This document shows, in pieces, positions 52,714-64,000 of a DNA stretch of 64,000 nt. A program made the position numbers and the translations under genes. The notes under the pieces were generated by a model, which saw only the letters and a list, made by a program, of their open reading frames with translations, did no database searches and was not told the DNA's origin. Position 1 is the first letter of the stretch; every line of letters starts with the position of its first letter. Origin of the DNA: the human T2T-CHM13v2.0 reference genome, Homo sapiens; NCBI RefSeq assembly GCF_009914755.1, contig NC_060935.1; one strand, given 5' to 3'.

Positions 52714-54039
52714 CCAACCTTGTCCCTCTTCTCTGAATGTACTCCAGGTTATTCCTATTTCTCCAGAGCTAATATCAGCTAGAACTAAATATAACATGCT
52801 ATCAATCCAGGGGACTGCCCCACCCCATATCCTTGAGGTTATGATTCTGCTTATGTGGCTTAAGCTTATATTCTGCCATATTTGAATAAACCTTCCTCTC
52901 TTTCCTTGGTACTCTCATTTTAAAAGATTATCTTTCCATGAGTATGGATGAGAGTTGACAGCTATCTAGTTACTAAATGTTGAGTATAAAGTATAACCTA
53001 TAATAACATATATAATATATAATTTATTATATAAATTTATGAGAGCTATGTAACATAAATATTATAACATATATAATATAATGAAGAGAAGTAAGGTGCT
53101 TCCCTGCCTGAGAGACTTAGAGGCTAGTCTGAGACACAAAGTAAAAGCATCTAATTATCCTCCAAGTCAGCTATTTCCAAAGTCAGAGGAATAAGGCAGC
53201 TCATAGAGGGAAGATTCTATAATATGCTAAGGTAAGCAGGGATCGTTCTAGAGAGAACATGGCACTTGGCAATAGAATTGCTAGCTAGAGAGAAGCCTAA
53301 CAATTCATTCATTCCACAAATATTTATTTTTACCTTATTACATTCCAGGAACTAAAAGGGAAAATCAATTTAATTAGGACTCAGAGAATGTCCTCATGTA
53401 ACCTATTTTCTAGAAGCATCAAGGATTCCCCAAGTGCTCATACGCTTTTCTAAACAGGCCTTCTGGAAAGCAGATGAGAGTGCCAAAATCAGTTAACACT
53501 TCCTTTGCAGTAGTCCACTGAGAAGAAAAAAGACACATGAGAACTTTGCATCCACATCTGTCCCCAATTATGACTGATTTTCACTCTGCTCAGATGCATT
53601 TAATGTGGATACCCTTGTTGGCTTATGTGACTGAGTCATTGGCATTAGACCTGAAAAAAATAAAAGACACTGGTCACTCACAGGATGGTGATTATGCCTG
53701 GGCTCATCATGAAAGAACCCACCCATTGCAGGGATCTGTGCATGGTCTCCTCCTCATGGTCACCCTCAGAGACTAGAAACTAAGTCCAAATATAGAAAAA
53801 GTCCACCATGGATCTATTAGAATATAACAGAACTGAGAGAGATTTCAGAAAATATCTAGTGCCAAAAAGAGCAGTAGCTTTCTTTTGTTTTAATCTCATG
53901 TACATTCTTGGCATTGAAAGTACTCCAAAGAACAGAAGTGGCTTCTTGTAGCATCGTGTTGAGATGAAGTCTGACCCTGCAGATGGATTCAGTGGAATGT
54001 TTAGTAATTGATTAGCTATGACTGCCTTTGGCATAGAAG

Positions 54040-55230
54040 GAATAAGTTGGGAAAATAGTGCCACATATTTGCAATTTCGTTTAATGCCCTCATTATACAA
54101 ATGGAAAAACTAGGACCAGAGAGACAATACCTTCCCCGAGGTCACACAGCTGGTGCAACATATTACCAACACTGGGATCAATAGGTCCTTCTGCCTTCCT
54201 ACATATCTTCCTTTTTAATTTCAACCTTTGCTTCAGAAAAATTAATCCTAGACCCTAAGTCAGATGATCTTGAATTTGGTCCTGGCTTTGGTAACTAAAA
54301 AGATGAGCAACCTATTAGAATTTCTTACAGTAGTAAGTCCTAGAAGAGACCACAAGGATAGCCCAATCAATGCACTCATTCTGTAGGTGAGAAAATGGGT
54401 CCAGAGAGGTTTCCATGAATTAGTAGAAAAGCTAGGATTAGAACATATTTCCAAAGTCTTGTCCCTGATACTCCTTCACAGTGTCCTTTCTTATTTGTAA
54501 AATCTATTTATTAAATAAGAGTTCATTGGGTACCTGGTATGTGACATGCATTGGGCCATTGTCAGGGGGGATATAAGGGTAAGCTCGTGGTTTAGTAGGG
54601 GAACTGGTTGTTCAAATACTTTTCTTACAGTTTGATGAGTGCCAAAAAAAGGTTTGTGTAAAGGTGTAAAGTGTCACATAAAGAGAGGGAAGGAGCACTG
54701 AACTCTTCCTGAGTCATGACAACATTCACAAATAGGGTGAATGTTTTGTTGAGTCTTAAAGTATAAATAGGAGTTTCATAAGAATACAGAGTGGGCCAGG
54801 GCATTCCAGATAAATAGTACCACATGAGAAAAGGCACAGAAATATGAAGAGGCATGACATAGCTTAACAACCACGAGTCATCTGGAAACTAAAGAAAGGT
54901 ACAAAAGATCTTGTGCATGACACTAAATGATTCAGACTTGACCTAGGAAAGCAGTGATGAGTCATTAGCATAGCAGAAAAAAGAGAGGGGCAGGATCAAT
55001 TCCTTGCTTTGGAAAGATAATGATAATATTGTGAACAGAAGAATCAGAAGCTTAGGAGACCAGCTAGGAAAAAATTGCTGGGGACTATATGAGAGAAAAT
55101 GGCAGCCTCCGTAAAGCTAGTAATGCTGTAGGAATGTGTAGAGAACTGACTCAAAGACCATTGCAGAGTTATAATCAATGGCCTTGATTTATGTTGGATA
55201 CAAGAGCTAAGGGAGAGAAAATAACCAATA
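54040..55230 (-). mobile_element. Two MIR fragments followed by an L2 fragment
   Basis: cattatacaaatggaaaaactaggaccagagag...ccgaggtcacacagctgg (MIR); L2-like ggcattccagata...aaaaggcacagaa...gactcaaagaccattgcagag. Confidence 0.6.
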
Positions 55231-57756
55231 AATGAAAATAATGCATTATGTTTATCTTATAGGATATTACAAATGAAATAAGGTTGTGGATAAGAAAGTA
55301 CTTGGGGACAAAAACAACAATACGCAAAGCTCTTTAATATGTAAGGCATTTTTATTATCACAAGATCTTATTATCAAATACTATGTTGGTTTGCTCTTTG
55401 GCACAAAGACATGGGTCAAATGCATTTTGAACAAAGAAACATGGCAAAAGGAAAAGTGCAATGTATGGCGTTGGATTTATCCATTTGCTCCTCCAATAGT
55501 CATTGGCAACATTATGGATTAGGCTTTGCAAAGTGGGAGAAACAGAGAGATGAACCAACCACACTCTCTGCGGAAGCATCAAAGGTTATTGTTTACATTT
55601 GCTTTAAGAAACTTACCTATTTCAGTAAAGAAGCACCCTCTCAGAGTTTCTCCAACCAAATTATATAATAGATCTTTGAAGAGAACTACCTTAGGTGAAT
55701 GGCAGAAGATGTTTAAATGTGTGAATCTGGTTTAGCTGCTCCACCAATAAGCTGCCAAATTGAGCTTTTTGGTAATTATCAAAACATCTGTAATAGGATT
55801 AGTGTGTCAGAAACAGCTGCTGCTTTCTTGGTAGGAGAAGGAGGTGGGGAATTGGGACATGGACTTCACTTTAGCCCAGATGTTTCTCATTTGGAGAAAG
55901 GATAAAGGATAGACACTGAGTCAGTGAGAAGGCATCAAGACAAAAGTGAAAAAGGACATGATTTCAAATTGCACTGGCCCTAAGTTGACTCAAGTGCATA
56001 CCATGGGCATGTGGTGAGCAAAGCTTCCCTGCTCTCCACAGTCCTGGGAGCTAGACTTGTTTGCCAAAAAATGTCCTAGTAAAAATATTTATATGAAAAC
56101 AACACAAAGGCAGTGTTAAGAGCACTGCTGACCCCTTACAGTTTGACCTCATCTTTCCACCGCAATAAGAACTTGGAAAATCTCCCTCTCTATGTGAATG
56201 ATGCAAGACTTGGTTACACTAGGTGGTTGAGCACTTCCTTCTGGCTATGAGCCTTCAAAGACGGGGAGGAGCATGTGGGAAGCTCCAGTGAATTACAGGA
56301 ATACTTCCATGAAAGAGGCTGCTTCTGCTGAGAAAGGTTGTACAAGTTACTACAAAATTCAGACTCTAGCTCTCTACTTGTAGAGTAACCTGGTTGAATC
56401 CAACCATGTATTCAAGTAATCAATGGACAAATATTTATTGAGCACATACAATGTATAAGGCAATGTGCCAAATTCAAGGACAGCATGGAACGGGACAGAC
56501 AAATTTCCTGCCCTTATTTGTCCTCATAGTCCAGGGAAAATATGATTGCTCAAGTAAGAATTTAAATTGCAATTGTCATAAATATTGCAAAAGACAGCTG
56601 ACCAATGAATTTAGTCATGTCATAGTTTTTATAGCTTTAGGCTGTTCTGCATGTGTGCAAAGTGTTGGTCATTATGTTGCAGAATCCAGTAAAACCAGAA
56701 TCTACTAAAAATGAGCCTTCAACTTCCATTTTTTAAATTAGAACATTATCTTAGGCCCTCCCACTTTGGTACTACCTGTGACAATTTTCTGCCTTCCCTT
56801 CATCCAATATCTACTCAACTTCTGACTCATTAGTTCCCATTCTGTGTGCTTTTGTTTTTACTGATGAGAATTCTGTTTTTGCATCCATCATGCACAATGA
56901 AACACCCTTCTAGGAGAAGATTAGACAAGGATGACTTCACTTAACTAATGGTCAGTCCCAGGACAGAGCTAGACTCAGAGGGTGCCTTTAGGGATAGGGC
57001 TGAGCAAAGCCTTTGGCCAATTATGAAGGCAAGCCTTCTCTTTGATGACCCACACTTCCTCAGTAGGCACTATTTCTTCCTGTTCCTTTTTTTCTTTCTT
57101 TCTTCGCTTAAAACAACCTTTTTCCTTATCTCTAGCTTTCAAAATCATATTAGTTCTTCAAATACCACCTTAATTGTCACCCTTTCTATGGGATTTTCCT
57201 GCTTCCCACATGCCTGATAGGCAGCTCCTTTAAACTCCCTTAGTACTTTGTAGTTCTGTTGGGATATCAGAGCCTGTCTTATTTTATTTTGCTGATATTT
57301 TATTTTGCTTCTAACTAAAATGAAACTATCTCATTCATCTCTGTATTCTATGCAGCCAGTGGTACAAAACTTTACATACAGTATGTACTTAATTAGAATA
57401 CTTTAATATAGATCTTCAAGTTAAAGTAAGCTTATTTTTGAATCTTGACACTGCCTTTTACAAGGAGACAATTCACTTATCTCTGGACCTGCTTATTCAT
57501 CTCATCAAAAAGTAGAATAACAACAGTGACTTTATAGGGTTGCTAGGAGCAGCAAATGATGTGTCATATGGAAATCCCTAGCCTAGAATATGGTTCATTG
57601 GGGAATTCTATAAGTGTTTGTTACCTTTTCTTCTCAATATCATTTATTGAATTAAAAATGAATTGAAACTAAGGAAACTGAATTTGAAAGATATTGAATA
57701 ACCCACATTTTCCCAAAATTCTACTTCACTTTTTTTTTTGTAATTCCGTTGTTTAG

Positions 57757-57993
57757 AGCAAGTGTCTGTAGTCAAAACCTATGGGCCAAATCTGGTCAAA
57801 CACTTGTTTTTGCAAATGAAGTTTACTGAAACTCACTGTGCACATTCATTTACATATTTGCTATGACTTCTTTCACAATACACCTGTAAAGTTCAATAGC
57901 TGCAACAGAGATCTTATGGCCATGGCTGGCAATGCCTAAAATACTTAATCCCCTAATCCCTAGCCTTTTGCAAGAAAAGTTTGCCAACCCATG
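57757..57993. mobile_element. MER58A (hAT-Charlie MITE)
   Basis: gggccaaatctgg...tgtttttgcaaatgaagtttactgaaac...cattcatttacatatt...gcctaaaatactta...gccttttgcaagaaaagtttgccaaccc. Confidence 0.85.
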
Positions 57994-59149
57994 GTTTCTA
58001 GTTAAGTTGGGGCTCTTTTTTCAGAAAACTTCTATGAATATTCAAATATAGTATCTCCAATAGGTGATGTGTCAAGTCACTTGCACTTGTTGTCATATTA
58101 CCTTAGATCAAATTACCAGATGAGATCTGAAAGCAAATAGTAAGAATTAAGGGAGAAACTCTGGCAGTGGCAATAAAAGAAGGGAAGTACTGGGCCAAAG
58201 ATGTTGACTCACAAAATAGAGAAATAAGCTTTGTTTTGTGAGTAGGGGAGTGAAGAGCTGATAATCAGCCATGAAAGCAATGGTTGGTGAACCCAAAGAA
58301 ATGAAATCTGAGTAAGAGGAAGAGCAGTGGCAATAGTAATACTAGTTACCCATCTTTACCAGAATTCCCAAGAACACAGAGATTGAGACAAAGGCTATAT
58401 GCTAACGCCCCCCAAATTATTGAGACTGAAATCCCTGAAAACAGAAGTAAAATAAAGGGAGGAATGAGTCATGGAAAGGCTCAATAGCATGCTCATAGCA
58501 AGCACTGCTGAATGCTCAGTCCCACAGGGCATCTTGAGAGAACTGCCTGAAACTACTGCACTCTAGAGCTGTCAGGGAGCAAAAAGAAAGCCCAGCTCTG
58601 AGCTCCTGTTACTCAAAGTGTTCACAGGATATTGAGTCCACCTCATCTCAGAATTGCACCTTTCCACCTGGGGAAGCCAGAACCTGAGGCAGCAGCAGTG
58701 ACATCCACGGCACAAGTCACGGCATGAGGGGTGAGCCCATAGGTGCCCGTGAGCCTCATCTGCAGCCTGCAACTGGCAGTCTTGCTGGCCTGGCTGAGTA
58801 AACCAAGGCACCAATGTGGGCACCTCTCAAGGTCTGTTGAGCCTCAGGGGCAACAGGGAAGCACTGGCATGGGAAGTACAAAGTGAGGCAAGCCACCGCC
58901 AGGTCATGAAAGCCAGCGACACAAGGCAGCAAGAAACTTCCTCACAGTGGGGCTGTTTGGCCAAGTAATAGAGTACCAAAAAGACACAGCCCCCACCATG
59001 GAGAGCTGCCATGTGGATTAATCGAAATCCAAACATCCCTTCTGTGGCCTGCAGGAAAACATTTGACATTGGGCAATCTTCATTGAGAGTCATCAGCCAC
59101 ATAGACAAACACTCACAGAATCTGCAGAGGCTCTTAAACTAAGGCCAGC

Positions 59150-59330
59150 ACATTACAGCGACTGCTATTGAGCACCTTATTGAGCACCTGCTATAGCTAG
59201 GCTATCTTCAGACGTCTATATATTTTTAATCCTCAGGATACCACCATGAGGGCGAAACACTAGTCTGCACTTTACATATGAGTAAACCCAGGCCCAGAGT
59301 AGTTAAGTAACTTGTTCAGATACTTTCACT
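59150..59330 (-). mobile_element. MIR
   Basis: tattgagcacctgctat...taatcctcagga...tttacatatgagtaaacccaggcccagagtagttaagtaacttgttc. Confidence 0.8.
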
Positions 59331-59339
59331 TATTTGGGG

Positions 59340-59600
59340 CATGTGGAAAAGAGACCAAATCCCTCCTAGGTGGCCCCAGGGAACAGAACTGAGGCCAATG
59401 AGTAGAAATTACTAGAAACCAGTACTGAGAATAGGAACTTTCTAAGAGTCTGAGCCAGTTTTCCAACAATCAGGAGAGAAAGTAAGGTGCCCACGGATGG
59501 CACTAATGAGTACATTGTGGATTTCTCTGGGAGAAAAGCAGGATTCTTTGCTCTGGTGAAGATTGAACTAGATGAAGCCAGAAGTTTTCCAGAATCAATA
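59340..59600 (+). mobile_element. L3/CR1 3' end fragment
   Basis: ccccagggaacagaactgaggccaatgagtagaaattac...ggaactttctaaga...ggattctttgc...gattgaactagatga resembles the L3 3' terminus. Confidence 0.65.
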
Positions 59601-59723
59601 CCAACACACTTTTACTGATGTCATTTTAACATCAATGCAGGAGAAGAAAAGATACTTATAAAATAATGGAAATATCCACCAGTATTCAGCTTTTAATATG
59701 TACCAAGCACTTGGCAAATAGCC

Positions 59724-59725
<2 letters not shown>

Positions 59726-59772
<47 letters not shown>
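59726..59772. repeat. (AT)~23 microsatellite inside a MIR (about 59680-59950)
   Basis: Read directly. MIR core gagaaaactgagaccggcagaggtaaatc...cttgcccaaggttcccagctagtaaatg lies downstream. Confidence 0.95.
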
Positions 59773-59777
<5 letters not shown>

Positions 59778-60734
59778 TAGTCTTCATAACAACTATGAGT
59801 TAATTATTATCATTATTGTCAATTCACAAAAGAGAAAACTGAGACCGGCAGAGGTAAATCACAGAACCTTGCCCAAGGTTCCCAGCTAGTAAATGTCAAT
59901 AATTGACTGCCTGCTAAAGCCAGTGCTCTGCTCTGCTGCCTCAAATATTCTGCATTTGCCTGTTGTTCTGAACTCAAAATTTTGGAGCCTGAGCACCTGT
60001 GAAAGAAAAGCCACATGTAAAGACACTAGATGGGTCATTTTGGTAGATAAAGTTGTGTTTTAAACAGCTTTTACTTTTTTTCTGTCCACGTTCTCTGAAA
60101 ATCCTTTCCTCATGAATCCTTTATTTTTCCATTACATTTAAACACCTCCCAGACTGTTTGCTGCCATTTAAAATGTTTTGAAAAGCATTTTTGCAGGTTT
60201 CTTCCAATGAAAAACTAACAAAGTCATCAAAAGACAGACTGTTTTTTTTCCCCGCCTCAGAGTAAAAATCACATTGGGGAACAACAAGGAAATTAAAATA
60301 AGAAAAAATAGCACTGGGAGCAAGACATTAGTATGACAAAGGGCTCATGACTGGTAATAATTTTAGGTGATACAGGCATAGTCAAGTCTGCAGAAAATAA
60401 AAATAAAAAAGGAGAAAAACTTCAGCATTCTGAAGCCTCTGGCACCAAAAAGCCAGTGACAAGATAGCCCAAAACTGCATCCATGGAAAATCACAGCTGC
60501 AGCAAACCGCAGGCTGATGGCTAAAAGCTACCGCTGCATTGTTTCCAATCTCCGCCTGAGACAGCACACATTTATCAGTGGTCTGTAATGCCTCGCAGCA
60601 AAAAATCTTTAACTGCTTAAACTATATTTTAATTTTGAAAAGACACATCTTGCTGCAATTTACTTTTTTTATTTTTCCACCCTAACAGAAATGTTTCGCC
60701 TTGAGTTATAATCTAACACTTTCCTCTTTTTGGG

Positions 60735-60960
60735 GTTGAGACTGTAGGCTCTGGAATCAGACTGCTCTGGTTTTTAATGTTGGTTCAAATACCTAATTTA
60801 GAGATGTGACCCTTAGATAAGTTACTTCACCATGCTAAATCTCCATTTCCTCATCTGTAAATAGAGATGATAGTAGCTCATTCCTTATACAGCTGTTACT
60901 TGGAGTAAATGAAATAATGTATGCTAAGTGCTTGAAACAGATCCCAGCACTTAGTACATT
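60735..60960 (+). mobile_element. MIR
   Basis: aggctctggaatcagactgc...gtgacccttagataagttactt...tttcctcatctgtaaatagagatgata...taaatgaaataatgtatgctaagtgctt. Confidence 0.85.
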
Positions 60961-61559
60961 TTTTTAAAAAAATTAGCAGTGACTATCATTTTTCGTCCCC
61001 TTCTGTCCATGTGAAAGAAAGAGGTTATTTTTCTAAGGAAGTCAAAATCTGAGGATAGACCACGTATCAAACTGTTGAGGGCCAAACTTGTAAATAAAGT
61101 TACATAAGTTTCAGAAAAAGTTAATTTTCCACCCCACCTTCCTGTGCCCATCATCTCTTCCAACTTGTCCTTTTAAGATACTCAAAATTTCCATGTGCCT
61201 CAGATTCCAGTCCAAGATACATGCCCTCTGGGTGGGATACTCCCATGAATGTTTTCTCCAGAGACAGCTCAACTTCTACCTCTTGCTCTGCCTTCCACGA
61301 TAAAGACCCTTCCTTGACCTGCAACTGTAATTCCTCTTTCTGTAAAAGGTTCTCATTCTCAAGATAATACAGGAATTATGAGAAGATTCAATGAGATGAT
61401 ACATGTAAAGTTCTTAGAGTAGTTGCTGGCACATAGTAAGACTAAGTGTCAGCTATTAATGTCTAATATTAATACTCCTCCTTTCCCCTTGACAAAAACA
61501 AAACTCCTTTATCTGTGTGGCCTCATGGCCCTTCTACTTACTCTCTGTTATATCAGTAG

Positions 61560-61880
<321 letters not shown>

Positions 61881-64000
61881 AGTATATGACATTTTAAACA
61901 ACTCCAATTCTTGGACCACAAAAGGATGAATGACTAATGGTGAGCACTGGGAATCTGACCATTATGGCCTCCTCCTGAAGTCACATGTGACTCTTGCCCC
62001 AATTTATTCGATATCTTGTCTGTATATCCCCCATCATAGCTCTTCTTATACCTAATTGCTGTTGTACGTTCCATGTCTCTCTCTCTCCCACTGGATTATG
62101 TGCTTCTTAAGGGAAAAACATTAATCTTATTTATCTATTTTTTTTCCAAAATCTCATAAAGTAGGTATAATATGCTTATTTACATTTTTAGATAGAACAA
62201 CTCCTTGGGACCAAGTTTAAATCCTGGCACAAAGATAGCTACATCTTGAGTCTATAAGGGAACCAAGTCGTACCCCTTACAAGTGGCAAAATCAGGTACG
62301 TTATATATATGTGCACAATTTAAGCAGTTGGATCTACTTTGCTTTAAAACCTGACACTCTACTGGTATACTACTTTGCTTCTAACTGAACAGCTACTGCC
62401 GTTCTATTCTAATGGGGGCCATTTAACAAAAAATGCAGAGACTGTCATAGAAGTCTGTGATTGCCTGTGGCATTTGCCTATCTCACCCTTGACTAGGCCT
62501 CTACTCAAGCTGTTCACTGTGATGCAGGATCTACTGGCAGCCCTTGAGCCTGGTTGCTTAGTATATTAAGCAATATACTAATGATTATATATGGCATTAT
62601 CTATACTTTATTTCTGGCATAAAAACTTTTGCTTTTTGATTTTTAATAGAAACCAGACATCACGTCATTGATGTGTCATCAAAAGCAGTGCCAGACTTCC
62701 TGTTCTCCCTGGGAAGGATTCAATGGCTAGTGAAAAATACATAGAGGAGGTCACCCTGGGGATTCAGCCCAAATATACACACGCCAAAAAAATGCCAAAT
62801 CCAGGGCCTCAAGATATGAATTCAGTTTTGCACAGATGCAACGGGGCAGCTTCTGAACTGAACTGCCAGCAAGCCTCGGATTTTCATTCTTTGGTCAAAT
62901 AGGGATGTTCCAACATTATTTCAATGTCTGTGCCATAAGCAAGATTCACAGAGGTGAAATACGTGTATATTTACCCACATATATAGATATGGCACCTTCA
63001 AAGAACAAATATATAAATGGTTCAATCTTCCAGAATAAATTAAAATTGTATAATTATAGAGGTAACAGATGTGTCCTGACATACTGGTGGAGTACATAAA
63101 TAGTAGAAGACTGTGTGTGCATTAGAGTCTGAGGAAAAATAACTTTATGAAATTCTGGTACAAATCATGTGTACAATTTCTCCTTTTTGTAATATCATAA
63201 AATATTAATATTACTGACTATTGTTAATCAAGTTGTACCAAAGGGAGCTACACATTTTTAAGGAGGTTATCTCCAAGTTTGCACTCAGGAAAAAATATAT
63301 AACATTTGCAAACTGCATAACTTAAATGGCCTTGCATACTCACTCTATCAAATGCATTTGGGAAGAGGTTCATTCCTTTGTTAGGGTCTAACATAATTGC
63401 CTATGGGATGTCCATTGTAAGCTAGCCTTGAGGAGCCACAAACCCCATACTTCAAAATATTATAAAGAGGCTGGTGCTATGAAGGAGGTCAGAAGCCTGC
63501 AGAAACTCCAGTATAAAGCTCAGAAAAAATGTCTGTGTTTGTTCATCCTCAGGGCATTCCTACTCCAGGACAAGGGGCACTTGGAGAGAGTAAAGTCTCC
63601 CACCTTCCAAAGGCTACAGGTAATAAGGATAGTATCTAATAATGTTTGATTGTTGTATTTATTTGGGCAATAATGAGGGTGTGAAACCCTTTGGTTAATT
63701 TTTATGATCTGAATTTTTACTGTCATTGCAAATAAAATAATCAAAGTTCTATCTAACACAGAAAAGAAGTCACCCAGATTGGGGACAGATTCTAAAAAAG
63801 GATGAGATGAAGATACTTTCAGGTAAAAAGGAAGAGCATTTGAACAGGCAGAAAGCAGTAGTAATACTAATAATAATAATGTGCATTTACTATGTGATTA
63901 TGCTAAGTACCATGCTTAATAATTTATATGCATTCCCTCAAGGTATGTCCCAAAAATCTTTAAGTTAGATGTTCCATCAACATTTTGCAAATGATGCAAT

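Noticed and set aside
59166-59189. tattgagcacct tandem duplication (and similar small ones at 30201, 32170, 34850)
   Set aside because: Ordinary slippage duplications inside decayed repeats, with no sign of function.

Overview
This is AT-rich, CpG-depleted primate genomic DNA (human-like; it contains AluY) that reads as gene-desert or deep-intronic sequence. I find no credible protein-coding exon chain, RNA gene, CpG island or CRISPR array. Most of the recognisable ORFs in the supplied track are read-throughs of Alu, L1 or MaLR repeats, and the rest are short with no recognisable motif. The window is a layered record of transposable elements: a near full-length minus-strand L1MA with its TSD and 5' end but with the RT domain deleted (31.1-36.7 kb), a complete THE1C MaLR with a perfect 5-bp TSD (48.4-50.7 kb), an internally deleted two-LTR MST element nested in an L1MC, many solo LTRs (THE1, MST, MLT1, LTR16), six full-length Alus plus two partial Alus, DNA transposon MITEs (MER44A, MER58A, MER5), and ancient L2, MIR and L3/CR1 fossils. 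Subfamily names come from my recall of consensus sequences and need RepeatMasker/Dfam confirmation. I see no support for a new biological system. The best leads are an apparent cluster of AP-1 sites at 52-58.5 kb, two closely spaced inverted Alu pairs, and several micro-rearrangement signatures.
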